Positions 1-9,783 of a stretch of DNA of 64,000 nucleotides are shown here, piece by piece. A program made the position numbers and the translations under genes. Within the stretch, counting starts at the first letter, position 1, and each line of letters begins with the position of its first letter. Source of the stretch: a virus (lineage: Duplodnaviria > Heunggongvirae > Uroviricota > Caudoviricetes). The notes under the pieces were generated by a model that saw only the letters and a program-made list of their open reading frames with translations, was not told where the DNA came from and ran no database searches. The DNA lies in the IMG/VR virus record IMGVR_UViG_3300042892_001069, one strand, 5' to 3'.

Positions 1-1102
1 ATGCGGCTTTTTCTTTTGGATTAACTGGTGCTGGGGGAACACTACCTGCCGCTGGGGCTGTGCTGCCTTGATTAGGTGCTGGGGGAACACTACCTGCCGC
101 TGGGGCTGTGCTGCCTTGATTAGGTGCCGAGCCGCCAAATTGATTCATATATTCTGGAGAGGAATTGCCTTGACTACGTTCAATTGGAGTTCCGTCAGGT
201 AGCGTAGTTGAGTTAGCAGATATTGGCGGCGCCGATCTTGCTGGTGGAGTTGCTGGCTTTGGGCCTTGACCTGTTGCAGCTGGCGGTGTTGTACCTGCCT
301 TTTTAGCGGCTTGCTGTGCCAGGAACGCTTGATTCTGTGCTTGATATTCTGCTTGACGTTGATTACGTTTATCAGTCAAACTTCCAACAACAACTTCTTT
401 TCCAGACTGTGTTGTATATACCTCTTGGCCTTTAGCATTTTTAGTTGTTGGAGCGCCAGTGGGTGTCATAGTGTTTGCTCGTTGTGCTTCGAGGTCGCTA
501 CGAACTTGCTGTGCTACAGTCATGTCTTTTGTAATTTCTTTTGGATCAACCCCGCCACGTTGAATAATTGCGTTAGCAGTTTTATCATTAGTCACTGGCT
601 GACCAGTTTTGGCGTCTTTAACAGGATTGCCGTTAGCGTCAAGTCCGTATTCTTTCATGGCTGCTTTAGTCTTTGGACCCATGATACCATCTGCTGTAAT
701 CTTTGCGCCAAGTCCAATTAATTTATTTTGTAAAGTCATAACTGGGTTTGGAGCACCTGGGGGAGGTTTTACTACTGGAGCAGTTGGTGTTGTCGGTGGA
801 TTTGGGTTAGCCGCTTGTTGCGGAGCAGCCGGTAATGGAGTTGCTACAGAAGGTGTAGGTTCTGCTACAGGCGTTGCTACTGCCGCTGGTGCTGCCGGAG
901 CCGCTGGTTGAGCAACTGGCTTGCCTTTATTTGGTGCGCGAGCAAGAATATATTTGTCTGTAGGATCAGCACCGCCTAACCATTTCTTATCTTCTGGGCT
1001 CATTGTATCCCATGCCGTTGCGTGTGGAGTGCCAGCCGGCCATGGATTTGTTACCCCATCGGCTTCGTTAACTAAATTAATATACTCGCGCAACGTTTTC
1101 AT
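1..1102 (-). CDS. Pro/Ala-rich protein with peptidoglycan-binding-like motif; paralog of 1105-1893; runs off left edge (absent from ORF track)
   Basis: Manual translation from ATG 1102: MKTLREYINLVNE...KWLGGADPTDKYILAR...VMTLQNKLIGLGAKITADGIMGPKTKAAMKEY; no stop before base 1. Confidence 0.85.
   Translation of the reverse strand, partial: MKTLREYINLVNEADGVTNPWPAGTPHATAWDTMSPEDKKWLGGADPTDKYILARAPNKGKPVAQPAAPAAPAAVATPVAEPTPSVATPLPAAPQQAANPNPPTTPTAPVVKPPPGAPNPVMTLQNKLIGLGAKITADGIMGPKTKAAMKEYGLDANGNPVKDAKTGQPVTNDKTANAIIQRGGVDPKEITKDMTVAQQVRSDLEAQRANTMTPTGAPTTKNAKGQEVYTTQSGKEVVVGSLTDKRNQRQAEYQAQNQAFLAQQAAKKAGTTPPAATGQGPKPATPPARSAPPISANSTTLPDGTPIERSQGNSSPEYMNQFGGSAPNQGSTAPAAGSVPPAPNQGSTAPAAGSVPPAPVNPKEKAA
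27..127. repeat. Two-copy 48-bp coding tandem repeat (APNQGSTAPAAGSVPP)
   Basis: ggtgctgggggaacactacctgccgctggggctgtgctgccttgatta starts at 27 and 75. Confidence 0.9.
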
Positions 1103-1104
1103 TA

Positions 1105-1893
1105 TTAACCTCTTGCCAACTGTACAATACGTGCTAGTGCTTGATCTTCTCTATACACACTTTCCGCCATAGGAGTATCCGATATTTGTCCACCACCGGG
1201 AACAGCTCTGCCTGGTAATGCCGGTGCCGGTTTTGCGCCCTGGCCAAATTGTTTTTGTGCGGCTTGCGTTGCTGGTCCCATTACGCCGTCTGCTTTGATC
1301 TTTGCGCCTTTGGCAATTAAGTCTTGCTGAATTTTTAATACTGCTGGATCAGACTTAGCTGGAACTCTAGGTCTAGCTGCCTGTTGGGCCGCAGGAGCAC
1401 CTGCTGTTACTGTAGTAGGAGTACCAGTTTCTGGATTAATTCCATTTGGCATTGTAACATTTTGTCCGGCTGCATTTACACCGTTTGCAGCTTGTGTTGC
1501 TGCCGCTGCCGTGTTTGCGGCCATTGCGGCACCCATATCAGCATCATCTTGATCAGCCGCAGTTAGAGCAGGAGCTGGTGCTGCCGCAGGTGCTGCCGCG
1601 GGTGCTGTTACTGGAGCTGCCGCAGGTGCCGCATTTGGCACTGCTTTTCGCATTCTTGCAAGAATAAATTTATCAGTTGGATCTGCTCCGCCTAACCATT
1701 TCAATTGTTCAGGAGTTGGTGCTGGCCCGCCATCGGCTGCAGGTGCCGCTGGAGCAGGTGCCGCTGGAGCAGGTGCCGCTGGAGCAGGTGCTTGTCCTAG
1801 GCTAGGTTGCCCAGGCACTACTCGCTCTGATATTAGATTTTGTTCAGATACTAAATCAATATACTTTCTTAATAATCCGTTAAATTGTGACAT
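1105..1893 (-). CDS. Pro/Ala-rich protein with PG_binding_1-like motif, possible internal head protein
   Basis: VLKIQQDLIAKGAKIKADGVMGPATQAAQKQF matches Q..L...G....DG..G..T..A...F; upstream TAAATA and AAGGA. Confidence 0.7.
   Translation of the reverse strand: MSQFNGLLRKYIDLVSEQNLISERVVPGQPSLGQAPAPAAPAPAAPAPAAPAADGGPAPTPEQLKWLGGADPTDKFILARMRKAVPNAAPAAAPVTAPAAAPAAAPAPALTAADQDDADMGAAMAANTAAAATQAANGVNAAGQNVTMPNGINPETGTPTTVTAGAPAAQQAARPRVPAKSDPAVLKIQQDLIAKGAKIKADGVMGPATQAAQKQFGQGAKPAPALPGRAVPGGGQISDTPMAESVYREDQALARIVQLARG
1739..1791. repeat. 15-bp coding tandem repeat (APAAP), about 3.5 copies
   Basis: (gcaggtgccgctgga)n. Confidence 0.85.
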
Positions 1894-1916
1894 AGTCGTT
1901 ATCCTTTTTTTATTTA

Positions 1917-4562
1917 TTAGTTTTTAGGCATCAATGACATGATATGTTTCATCATTTCTTGCGGGTTGAGCTGGCCACTATTACCTGGTAGCTGAATCGG
2001 TTGATTTGGCATTTGCCCTTGTAGACCCTGGAATATGCCGCCAATACCTTTTTGTATTTGTTGACTCATTTTGTCTGGATCATTCATAGCGTCCAACCCA
2101 AATTCTTGATCACCAACTTTTAATTTTGCGTTTTGAAATTGTTTCATCATTTGTTGAAGTTTATCAAACTGCGCTGCATCCATTGGATTATTAGTAGTAT
2201 TACTGCTAGAAGATGATGTACTTGTGACGTTTGCGCCAGGCGTTGACTTCATTTGATTAAACATTGAATTAACATCACCGCCGCCCATGCCCTTCATCAT
2301 ATTAGAAAAATCTGGTACTTCTTCATCAACTGTACGGTCGTTATGTGAAACGCCGGCTAGTCGTAAAATAGCATGTTGTTCGTGATCGGCATTGCCTGCG
2401 CCTGGATCTTTCATATCAATAAACTTTAATACTTTTCCTAGTTCATCTTCATCAACATCACCAAATGCGCCGTCTTCAGCGGCTTTCTTTAGTTTGATCT
2501 TAATACGCATTGCGCCCAACGGAAATGCTCCAGATTCTTTATCATAGAATCCGCTAATGAATTTAATCATTTCTTCAGTGCCACTTACTTCTGGCTCTAA
2601 TCCGAACTCTTTTGGATCCATGCCACACTCTTTAATTGCGTCATGTAATTTGATTTCTCTTGAACCTAAATCCATAGTGTGGTCGCCAGTTGCGCCTTTG
2701 CTAATTGCTCTATGAATTAATGCTTTCAAACGATCTTTTTCGCCGCCCGGCTTCATTGGCTTTTTAAATGTATCTTTTGGAGCATCGTGCGGAGTATGCT
2801 TGTGCCAAGGAGCATCGTCATCTTCACCCTCAACAATTGGTGCCGCTGGCACTTCTGGAGGTAACGGTTCTGCTGGTACGTCTACCGGTGGCACTTCAGG
2901 TATTGGCGGTACTTCAGGTGCTGGTGGAGCTGCCGCTGGAGCAGGTGCTGCCGCTGGCGGTGCTGGAGGAGCTTCTTCCCCGCCCACTGCTCCGCTATCT
3001 CCGCCAAAGTCAATTAACCCGTTCTGTAAAATTTCAGCAAGTTCTTCATTGTCTTGTGCTAGTTCTGTTAGTATAACTTCAATAGTGGTTGTTACATCTT
3101 TATCGGCACTGTCTTTTGTAATTTGTTTTAGCTCTTCAATCTTAGCAATAAACGCAGGTAACGGTATTAACTTAGTTAATTCTTCTAGATTAATACCCGC
3201 AACTCCGGCAGTTAATTTGTCAGCGGAAAATATTTGATTTACTTTTTTTAAGTTAGCTTGTTTAACATCTGGATTATGATCAAAGATACCTTGTCCGTAT
3301 TCGTCTTGATCATCTTCAGTCACAATTGAATCCATAAAGGATTCAAATGCTAATTCTGGATCTATGGACTCACGCTCCATACGATCGTTGTAATCGTTGG
3401 CCATGCGTTCTTTTTTATCTTTTAATGCTTGTAAACGTTTTTTGGCCGACTCATCTCCGTCTTCTGCTTTTTTCTTCAAGCTGTCTTCATATGATTTTTC
3501 TAAATCACGACGATGTTCGGCACCTACTGAGTTAGGATTATATGCATCACTTAATAATTCATCTGGACTAACTTCAATTACATCAAGTTCTGACTCATCA
3601 ATAAATTTATAAATGTATGGGAATACTGCTTTTAGATCTTCGTTAAATGTGCGAATAGTCAAACGATTAATTAGATCATTAGTAACTTCTTCTGGAATCA
3701 TTAGTTCTTCTTGTTCTTCAAATGATTCTACAAATGCTTCATAGTATGCTGGACGTTGTAATTTATGAATTGTTTCTTTAATTTGATCAATGCGATCTAA
3801 CACGCGATCAGTAACATTGCCCATTGCTTCACTAACTTGTGCTTGACGATTAACATAACCTTTGAACTTGCGTAGGCTTGCTAATTCTTCTGACAAGCTA
3901 CTAATGTGTTTACCAATACTATCGTAAGGAGTACCACCGTGCTTGATATGTTCAGCTAAAGCACGGGCACCATTCAAATGTTTGTATGGATAACGGAAGC
4001 GTTCGCCTTGAGCATTTTCAATATAAATGCTGTCAATGTGCATTGTTCGACCAGCGGCCAAATCAAAGTTAACTGGCTGACTGTGTTTAACAACTAGTCT
4101 TGCTTCGCCTAAGTCTTGATAACTCATACGAGCGTTACCGTACATCTTATTTTCCATTATAGGAGCTTGTGGCATAACTGGTTCTTCCTTGGGCTTTGAT
4201 TGATAATGGTAGTCACGCTTGTCTAAGCTGTCCTTACCTATGTTCTGTTCATCATATTTTAATAGACGTTTCTTAGCAAATATTCTAAGACCTTTTAAAA
4301 ATTCACCGCAACGTGGATGTTTTTTATCCACTAGATCACCGGCTAGCTGTACTACAATACCTTCATCGTCGTCAAGTGTAATTGTAATTGTACCCAGTGA
4401 TTCTCCGTTTTCTTTGTATTCAAATTCAAAGAAGCGGCCTTGGTTCATTTCTTTTTTTCTAGTGATAATGTCACCAGATTCGTTCCCAACTTGTATGTTA
4501 GGAAAGCGGGTTTGTATCTTACCGTAAAGATCAAGCGCAATTTTGTCTAAATTAGATTCCAT
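1917..4562 (-). CDS. Large acidic hypothetical protein downstream of terminase, possible prohead core/internal protein; start revised to MESNLDK
   Basis: Long ORF; Pro/Ala linker, Gln/Met-rich tail; ATG 4562 lies 4 nt after TAAATA and avoids overlap with terL. Confidence 0.6.
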   Translation of the reverse strand: MESNLDKIALDLYGKIQTRFPNIQVGNESGDIITRKKEMNQGRFFEFEYKENGESLGTITITLDDDEGIVVQLAGDLVDKKHPRCGEFLKGLRIFAKKRLLKYDEQNIGKDSLDKRDYHYQSKPKEEPVMPQAPIMENKMYGNARMSYQDLGEARLVVKHSQPVNFDLAAGRTMHIDSIYIENAQGERFRYPYKHLNGARALAEHIKHGGTPYDSIGKHISSLSEELASLRKFKGYVNRQAQVSEAMGNVTDRVLDRIDQIKETIHKLQRPAYYEAFVESFEEQEELMIPEEVTNDLINRLTIRTFNEDLKAVFPYIYKFIDESELDVIEVSPDELLSDAYNPNSVGAEHRRDLEKSYEDSLKKKAEDGDESAKKRLQALKDKKERMANDYNDRMERESIDPELAFESFMDSIVTEDDQDEYGQGIFDHNPDVKQANLKKVNQIFSADKLTAGVAGINLEELTKLIPLPAFIAKIEELKQITKDSADKDVTTTIEVILTELAQDNEELAEILQNGLIDFGGDSGAVGGEEAPPAPPAAAPAPAAAPPAPEVPPIPEVPPVDVPAEPLPPEVPAAPIVEGEDDDAPWHKHTPHDAPKDTFKKPMKPGGEKDRLKALIHRAISKGATGDHTMDLGSREIKLHDAIKECGMDPKEFGLEPEVSGTEEMIKFISGFYDKESGAFPLGAMRIKIKLKKAAEDGAFGDVDEDELGKVLKFIDMKDPGAGNADHEQHAILRLAGVSHNDRTVDEEVPDFSNMMKGMGGGDVNSMFNQMKSTPGANVTSTSSSSSNTTNNPMDAAQFDKLQQMMKQFQNAKLKVGDQEFGLDAMNDPDKMSQQIQKGIGGIFQGLQGQMPNQPIQLPGNSGQLNPQEMMKHIMSLMPKN

Positions 4563-4572
4563 AGTATATTTA

Positions 4573-6168
4573 TCAGATGTTTGAGGAAACAAATATAGGC
4601 AAGGGTGCTTGCCAATCTTCGTCTAGTTGGGATTCTATGGCAAGTTTAGCAAATACAGCAGGATCCCAATCTGCTAGTATCACAGTCATGCGTACAATCA
4701 ATAATAACGCTGACACTAGATCGTCGTGTTGCCCAGTTTTTGCCTTGAATGTTACGCCCGACGCAATGAATGTTTTTAATTCACTTAGCAGGGGCTTACT
4801 ATTAATCTTCATTTGATCTTGTTCAATAAAGTATTTTAAGCGACTACATGCTGATATTTTACTGCCATAAGTAGTGTTAAATCCTTTACGGAATTTACGT
4901 ACATGGCCTTTTTTAACTGGTTCACTAAGGAACAGTCCCGGAAACGTATCTTCCCCTAGATTAGCAATTACCACTAGTGCGGCTTCCCCTAGGGTATTGT
5001 TTTCAACACTCCAGTAAATACTGTTAGCGTAATCTTGTCCTATTTCATCTTGAATGTATCTAATTACATCTCTAAAGATTTTAACTTGATCTTGGACAAT
5101 AGTTAAATTATGTTGCCATTCGGCACATTGTACCATACTAGGCAATTCAAATACTTGTATACCTGCATAGTCGCCACCTGTTCCTAAACTAGGATCTAAC
5201 CCTACCAAATAAGTGTTACCCGGGGTTGGCTTTTTATACCAACGGACTTGGCCCATTTTAAATTGCGGCTCTTTGCCCGTCATTTCTGCTAGCTTGATAC
5301 TGTTGATCAGTGTTTCATCAAACACCAAAAACTCGCAACCGTATTCACGGCGGAAACGTTCTTCACCAATACGGCCCATTTCAACTGCCTTCCATTTATC
5401 GTCTCTATCAGGATGCTCGTGCCATTCTGCTCTAAATCCGTGGAACCCGTTGCGTCCTAAGTTATCAGCTCGTTCACTACCAAACTCGTCAAACTTGTCT
5501 TGTGACTCTTTCCATATATTAGCAAACGTATCTTCGTCTGAGTTGGGTGTGCTGGTAATAATTGCTCGACCACCAGTTGCTAGTGTCGGGCTAATTGAAG
5601 TCCAAAACTCAGTGGCGATATTTGGTTGAACGAATGCAAACTCATCGCAATACAGTAGGGAAATTGACATACCACGGCCAGTGTTGCCAGTTGTAGTAGC
5701 CGATACAATTCTTGATCCATTATCAAACTCCATTGACCCTTTATTATAGTTTACAACACCACTTCGGATATAATCAGGGCATAATTCATATCCGTATCTA
5801 ATACGTTGCATAATTTCTTGTGAACCCGTATACTTGTGCGCGGCAACTAAAATAGTCTGATCCGGGTGAAACATAGAATACCAAAGTAGGTACGCTGACG
5901 CACATGTAGTCTTGCCACTTTGACGTGGAAGCATGTTTACATTAAAACGATAGTCGTGATAGCTGTGTAGTAATCCTTCTTGATATTCAAAAGGTTGAAA
6001 CAGCATCTTGCCTTTAACAGGATGCTGTATATAAAAGAAATGTTTGGCAAAATATAAGTAACCGTTTTCAGGATCGGCACAGGCCAGCAGATGTTTAATC
6101 TGCTCTTCTGAGAATCTTTCAGTGGTGTGCGCTTTTTTGGTTAAGACGCCGTCGAGTGATTTTGCCAT
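4573..6168 (-). CDS. terL: Terminase large subunit (T4 gp17-like)
   Basis: Walker A PRQSGKTT, Walker B LLYCDEFAF, ITSTPN, FRREYGCEF, nuclease VGLDPS and HDDLV. Confidence 0.97.
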   Translation of the reverse strand: MAKSLDGVLTKKAHTTERFSEEQIKHLLACADPENGYLYFAKHFFYIQHPVKGKMLFQPFEYQEGLLHSYHDYRFNVNMLPRQSGKTTCASAYLLWYSMFHPDQTILVAAHKYTGSQEIMQRIRYGYELCPDYIRSGVVNYNKGSMEFDNGSRIVSATTTGNTGRGMSISLLYCDEFAFVQPNIATEFWTSISPTLATGGRAIITSTPNSDEDTFANIWKESQDKFDEFGSERADNLGRNGFHGFRAEWHEHPDRDDKWKAVEMGRIGEERFRREYGCEFLVFDETLINSIKLAEMTGKEPQFKMGQVRWYKKPTPGNTYLVGLDPSLGTGGDYAGIQVFELPSMVQCAEWQHNLTIVQDQVKIFRDVIRYIQDEIGQDYANSIYWSVENNTLGEAALVVIANLGEDTFPGLFLSEPVKKGHVRKFRKGFNTTYGSKISACSRLKYFIEQDQMKINSKPLLSELKTFIASGVTFKAKTGQHDDLVSALLLIVRMTVILADWDPAVFAKLAIESQLDEDWQAPLPIFVSSNI

Positions 6169-6182
6169 ATGTTTATTTACAT

Positions 6183-6209
6183 AAAAAAAGCACCCCGAAG
6201 AGTGCTTTT
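6183..6209 (-). terminator. Intrinsic terminator with cUUCGg tetraloop
   Basis: Minus strand GCACTC-TTCG-GGGTGC followed by T7. Confidence 0.85.
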
Positions 6210-6229
6210 GATACTGTTACTAGGAAGTA

Positions 6230-6775
6230 TTAACGTCCTTTAACGGCTGCGTAATGAGCGGCTAGTTGTCTAACTAGGCCTTCTTGAACCTGTGGATTCC
6301 CCATTGGTAATCCAGCTTGACGTGGACGATGATCGCCACCGTTAATTGGTGTGCCAACGTTGACAACGTCATTAATGTCTAATGTTATTTGATCAGGGTT
6401 ATTAGTAGATCCACCAAATCCACCATCATTTACATCTTCTTCATACGACTCTTCAGGCTCACCAATTAGTATATCGTGGTCACCAGAGTCTGCGTCAGGT
6501 GCGTCATGTTCTGGCCCGTCTTGAATATCTTTTAGAACATTTAGTAAATCACGGATGCCGCCAGCACCACTGCCATTCATACTAACATTCATGGTTACTG
6601 AATCGCTTTGTTTTGGAGCAGCCATACGAGACGGTGGCATCATATCCATTCCGCATTCTTCAACCGATACTTCAGTAGATGCTTCTGGAGGAACTGCGCC
6701 GTCTACAGGTTCAGTCATGGCCACCTCGTTTTCGTCAAGCTGTTTCATCTTTGCTAATAAATCTTGAAAGTTCAT
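6230..6775 (-). CDS. Acidic hypothetical protein, possible internal head protein; start revised to MNFQDLL
   Basis: AAGGA upstream of ATG 6775, directly after the stop of 6777-7385. Confidence 0.65.
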   Translation of the reverse strand: MNFQDLLAKMKQLDENEVAMTEPVDGAVPPEASTEVSVEECGMDMMPPSRMAAPKQSDSVTMNVSMNGSGAGGIRDLLNVLKDIQDGPEHDAPDADSGDHDILIGEPEESYEEDVNDGGFGGSTNNPDQITLDINDVVNVGTPINGGDHRPRQAGLPMGNPQVQEGLVRQLAAHYAAVKGR

Positions 6776-6776
6776 A

Positions 6777-7385
6777 TTATTTTCCTTTTCTTGGATCTGG
6801 ATTTGAAACCTTACCAAGCGGGCTTTTCGCAGGTACTACTTTATCTGCTTTGACTGTTTTTTCACTCGGGGCTTTCTTTGCTAAAATCTTTTCGTTAACA
6901 CCTTTATATTGTGTTAGCTTCTTTGTACGTGTACCAAGTTCCTTAAGCAAGCTCATCACCTGCTTGTCGCCAACTAATTTTTGACCATCTACATCTTCTA
7001 ATGGTTTTTCCAATAGTGACTCACCAGTTAGTTTGTCGTTAGCGTGATTTAATGCTTCTTCTTCTTGCTCTAGTAAATTACGTACTTTAATTTTAGCAAG
7101 TGCAACACTACAGTATTCAGCTACTAAATCACGAATTTGTAAACTAGTTGCTGGATATGCTGTAGTAATATCGTATACTGTAACACCTACATTCTTTTGA
7201 TCTGGGAAGTCAACTTGTGTTTCTTGAATGGGGGTGCTTTTTCCTTCCGAGCACGATTCTACTTTGAATTGTGCTAGAGCTTGTTTAATTTTTGTAACGC
7301 TGTCTTTTGGACAGTCGCCAGCAATTTTTACTTTAAATTCGTAAACTTGTTTGCTTTCGGTGACATATTGTTTAAATGATTTCAT
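6777..7385 (-). CDS. Hypothetical protein with T4 capsid-targeting-like N-terminus
   Basis: MKSFKQYVTE resembles T4 internal-protein MKTYQEFIAE; upstream TAAATA 7404-7409. Confidence 0.6.
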   Translation of the reverse strand: MKSFKQYVTESKQVYEFKVKIAGDCPKDSVTKIKQALAQFKVESCSEGKSTPIQETQVDFPDQKNVGVTVYDITTAYPATSLQIRDLVAEYCSVALAKIKVRNLLEQEEEALNHANDKLTGESLLEKPLEDVDGQKLVGDKQVMSLLKELGTRTKKLTQYKGVNEKILAKKAPSEKTVKADKVVPAKSPLGKVSNPDPRKGK

Positions 7386-7406
7386 TGTGTAATCCCAGTA
7401 TTGTAT

Positions 7407-7895
7407 TTATTTCATATTCTTTAATCTTTCGATCAAACTGTTGCGATCTGCTACAATAAAACCATCACCTTGTATACTAACACTGTTGTCTTCTTGATTA
7501 GCATCTTGATCAAGTTTAGCTTTCTTTAGCTGTAGTTCGATCATCTTGAGTTTTTTGTCTATTTTTGCAGCTTTAGCGTCAATAGCATTCTTAAGCATGC
7601 CGCCCGCTACTTCAAAAATTCGGCCACTGTAACGTGCTTCTACATTCATTCCTAAATCCATTAAGTCATCGTAAGCATCTGTAGCACGTTGTGCAAGTGC
7701 GTCAAACTCTGAATCTGCGGCATCGCCTAGTCCCTTGACTGCGGGCAAACTAGCTGAAATTTTGTCAAATTCTTCCATGCTACGTAAGAATGTATCAGGT
7801 TTTTCGCCGGCGGCTTTTTGTTTCTTTTTTTCTTCTGCTTTAATAAGTTCCTTACTAGCAGGCAAATTTAAAAGTTCTTCAAGTTTTTTAGTCAT
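7407..7895 (-). CDS. Probable terminase small subunit (T4 gp16-like)
   Basis: 162 aa, helical; RIFEVAGGMLKNAIDAK...KMIELQLKK and FIVADRNSLIERLK parallel gp16 patterns; near terL. Confidence 0.55.
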   Translation of the reverse strand: MTKKLEELLNLPASKELIKAEEKKKQKAAGEKPDTFLRSMEEFDKISASLPAVKGLGDAADSEFDALAQRATDAYDDLMDLGMNVEARYSGRIFEVAGGMLKNAIDAKAAKIDKKLKMIELQLKKAKLDQDANQEDNSVSIQGDGFIVADRNSLIERLKNMK

Positions 7896-7902
7896 ACTTT
7901 AC

Positions 7903-8340
7903 TTATGCGCCGCCTTGATGAAATAAATCATTTTCGTTAACAATTCGAAATTTTATACCCTGTTGCCTACACCACATTGTGGCAGCGGCCCATTTAGCTT
8001 GATTTTTAACAAACTGTGCTTGATTGTATTTGTTTTTGCCTACCCGTTCAATTAGTGTTTGACTAGCTGGTTTAATTTCAATAAGTTCTACAATCATACG
8101 ATTTTTCTTATCTACATACTGTATAAAGAAATCTGGAACATATACTGTTTGACGTCCAGTTAGGGGATCTCTGTAGGGGATTTGTATTGCTTCACTTGCC
8201 CATTTTTGTACACTTTCGTTTGTGTCGCAAAATCGCATAAAACTCCACTCCCAGCTACTACGGTATACCGGAGTTTTAAGTCCGACGTATTTGCCGGGGT
8301 TAGTCATAGTAAACTTACCACGTGCGAATTTGCTGGCCAT
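7903..8340 (-). CDS. Head completion nuclease (T4 gp4, TnsA-like)
   Basis: KYVG..YRSSWE..FCD..WASE.IQIPY..YVPDF..IEIKP..NQAKWAAA. Confidence 0.92.
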   Translation of the reverse strand: MASKFARGKFTMTNPGKYVGLKTPVYRSSWEWSFMRFCDTNESVQKWASEAIQIPYRDPLTGRQTVYVPDFFIQYVDKKNRMIVELIEIKPASQTLIERVGKNKYNQAQFVKNQAKWAAATMWCRQQGIKFRIVNENDLFHQGGA

Positions 8341-8341
8341 A

Positions 8342-8707
8342 TTAAACTAAAATGTTACGTGATTCGTAGTTGTTGGCTAGAGGGGCAATTCTATAACCCA
8401 GGAGACTAATTTTTTCTCTATAAGTGTTTAGCACCTGCGCTACTACTTGACTTAATTGTATCTCACTAAGTTTTTTTAATGTGTCTACTAATTCAAACAC
8501 GTTAATATTATCTGTTCTTGCTTGATTAAGTAACACAATACTAGTGCTTCTTGCGCTGTCAGGATCAAACCCATGTTTTAAAAAAAAGCCAACTACTGCG
8601 TCAATTTGGTTGCTTGGAAAACTTATTTGATTAACAAAAAATTTGTCAAAAAATTGACGAACCTCAACACTACTATCACCTGTTACAGAATTTGGTAAAT
8701 TTGCCAT
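8342..8707 (-). CDS. Hypothetical protein
   Basis: 121-aa ORF tightly packed in operon. Confidence 0.75.
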   Translation of the reverse strand: MANLPNSVTGDSSVEVRQFFDKFFVNQISFPSNQIDAVVGFFLKHGFDPDSARSTSIVLLNQARTDNINVFELVDTLKKLSEIQLSQVVAQVLNTYREKISLLGYRIAPLANNYESRNILV

Positions 8708-8708
8708 G

Positions 8709-9704
8709 TTATAATCCTAGAATAACTTTTGTTGCGGTCACTGTATTACTAATAGTGTTTGCTACTGGAAACGCAATACCTTGTATTCCGCTAACACCTT
8801 GTTGAACTGTGTTTAGTAAACTGCTGGCAGAACTAGTAGCTGGCGCCGCTGGTAAATTCTGTAAATTTTGATATCCGTTAATTGTGCTAGTTACGTTGTT
8901 AACAAAAGACTGAGCGTTACCTTGAACGTTAACATTAGATACAAAACTTGGACTGGAATTGACCTGTCCACCACCTTGTAAAGGACTAGGTGTTTGATCG
9001 TAGTGTTCTGACCCAAAGCCTGGAGGGTCATCGGTAGTTACTGTACCATTACCGTACGCCACTGCTTCAAACATAATAGTAGCGGAGTTGTCATGCGACG
9101 CCTGATTGGCAGCATCTAACGGTCCGTGATTCCAGCTGGCTATAATTGGATTTTGTAAAGTGTAACTTATATACTCATGTCTTGCCATTTGATAAATTGT
9201 AATTGAATTAAAAAATGGTAAAGTACTGCCGTTGTCAAAGCCGTATGCTGTTTTAATGTAGTTAAAATTCTTAGTAGCGTTTCGATTATAAGCGCCGCTG
9301 GTCTTTGCTGATGTACTATCAGCAAAGTAGTATGCGTAGTAGTTTTGCCATAGTTGATTAATCAATCCCATGTTGTCGTCATGAAATTTAATATTTGCCG
9401 CTGTGTACTTGTGGCCTGTTACTACGTTCTTTTTTCTGTTATACTGATTAAGTGTTTCTGTATTGATAGTAAAATTAGGAAGATCAACGCTCTTAACTAA
9501 CATATTAATTTCGTTTCTATGTCGTTGAACTAGATCAATACTTTTTAAAGCCGCTTCGTTAATACTAAATGACACGTGATATAAAAATTTTGTTTTTGGT
9601 AGTAATCTAAACTGATCGTCAACAAATAGCCGTGCGGCATGTTGATAATCTTTAAGAGTAATCGGCGAAGCAGTATATAACGATTGAGTAGGAGTAAAGG
9701 CCAT
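8709..9704 (-). CDS. Tail tube-like / baseplate tube initiator (gp54/gp48-like)
   Basis: VKSVDLPNFTINTETLNQYNRK..IKFHDD..YTLQNPIIASW; next to tail tube. Confidence 0.65.
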   Translation of the reverse strand: MAFTPTQSLYTASPITLKDYQHAARLFVDDQFRLLPKTKFLYHVSFSINEAALKSIDLVQRHRNEINMLVKSVDLPNFTINTETLNQYNRKKNVVTGHKYTAANIKFHDDNMGLINQLWQNYYAYYFADSTSAKTSGAYNRNATKNFNYIKTAYGFDNGSTLPFFNSITIYQMARHEYISYTLQNPIIASWNHGPLDAANQASHDNSATIMFEAVAYGNGTVTTDDPPGFGSEHYDQTPSPLQGGGQVNSSPSFVSNVNVQGNAQSFVNNVTSTINGYQNLQNLPAAPATSSASSLLNTVQQGVSGIQGIAFPVANTISNTVTATKVILGL

Positions 9705-9752
9705 AATAATATTTATTTAAAAAATAAACTACGTAGTTAACTATTTGTCAAG

Positions 9753-9776
9753 AAAAAACCCACCAGAGTGGGTTTT
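9753..9776 (-). terminator. Intrinsic terminator after sheath-tube operon
   Basis: Minus strand AACCCAC-TCTG-GTGGGTT followed by T run. Confidence 0.8.
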
Positions 9777-9783
9777 ATTTTAC

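Noticed and set aside
266-1172. Plus-strand ORFs 266-721, 609-911, 921-1172 (one Cys-rich)
   Set aside because: Antisense shadows of the minus-strand gene starting at 1102, which is supported by paralogy with 1105-1893
27-1791. Short direct repeats as a CRISPR array
   Set aside because: No spacers; unit lengths are multiples of three and encode Pro/Ala linkers
4573-6168. Intein or intron in terminase
   Set aside because: 531 aa with contiguous ATPase and nuclease motifs
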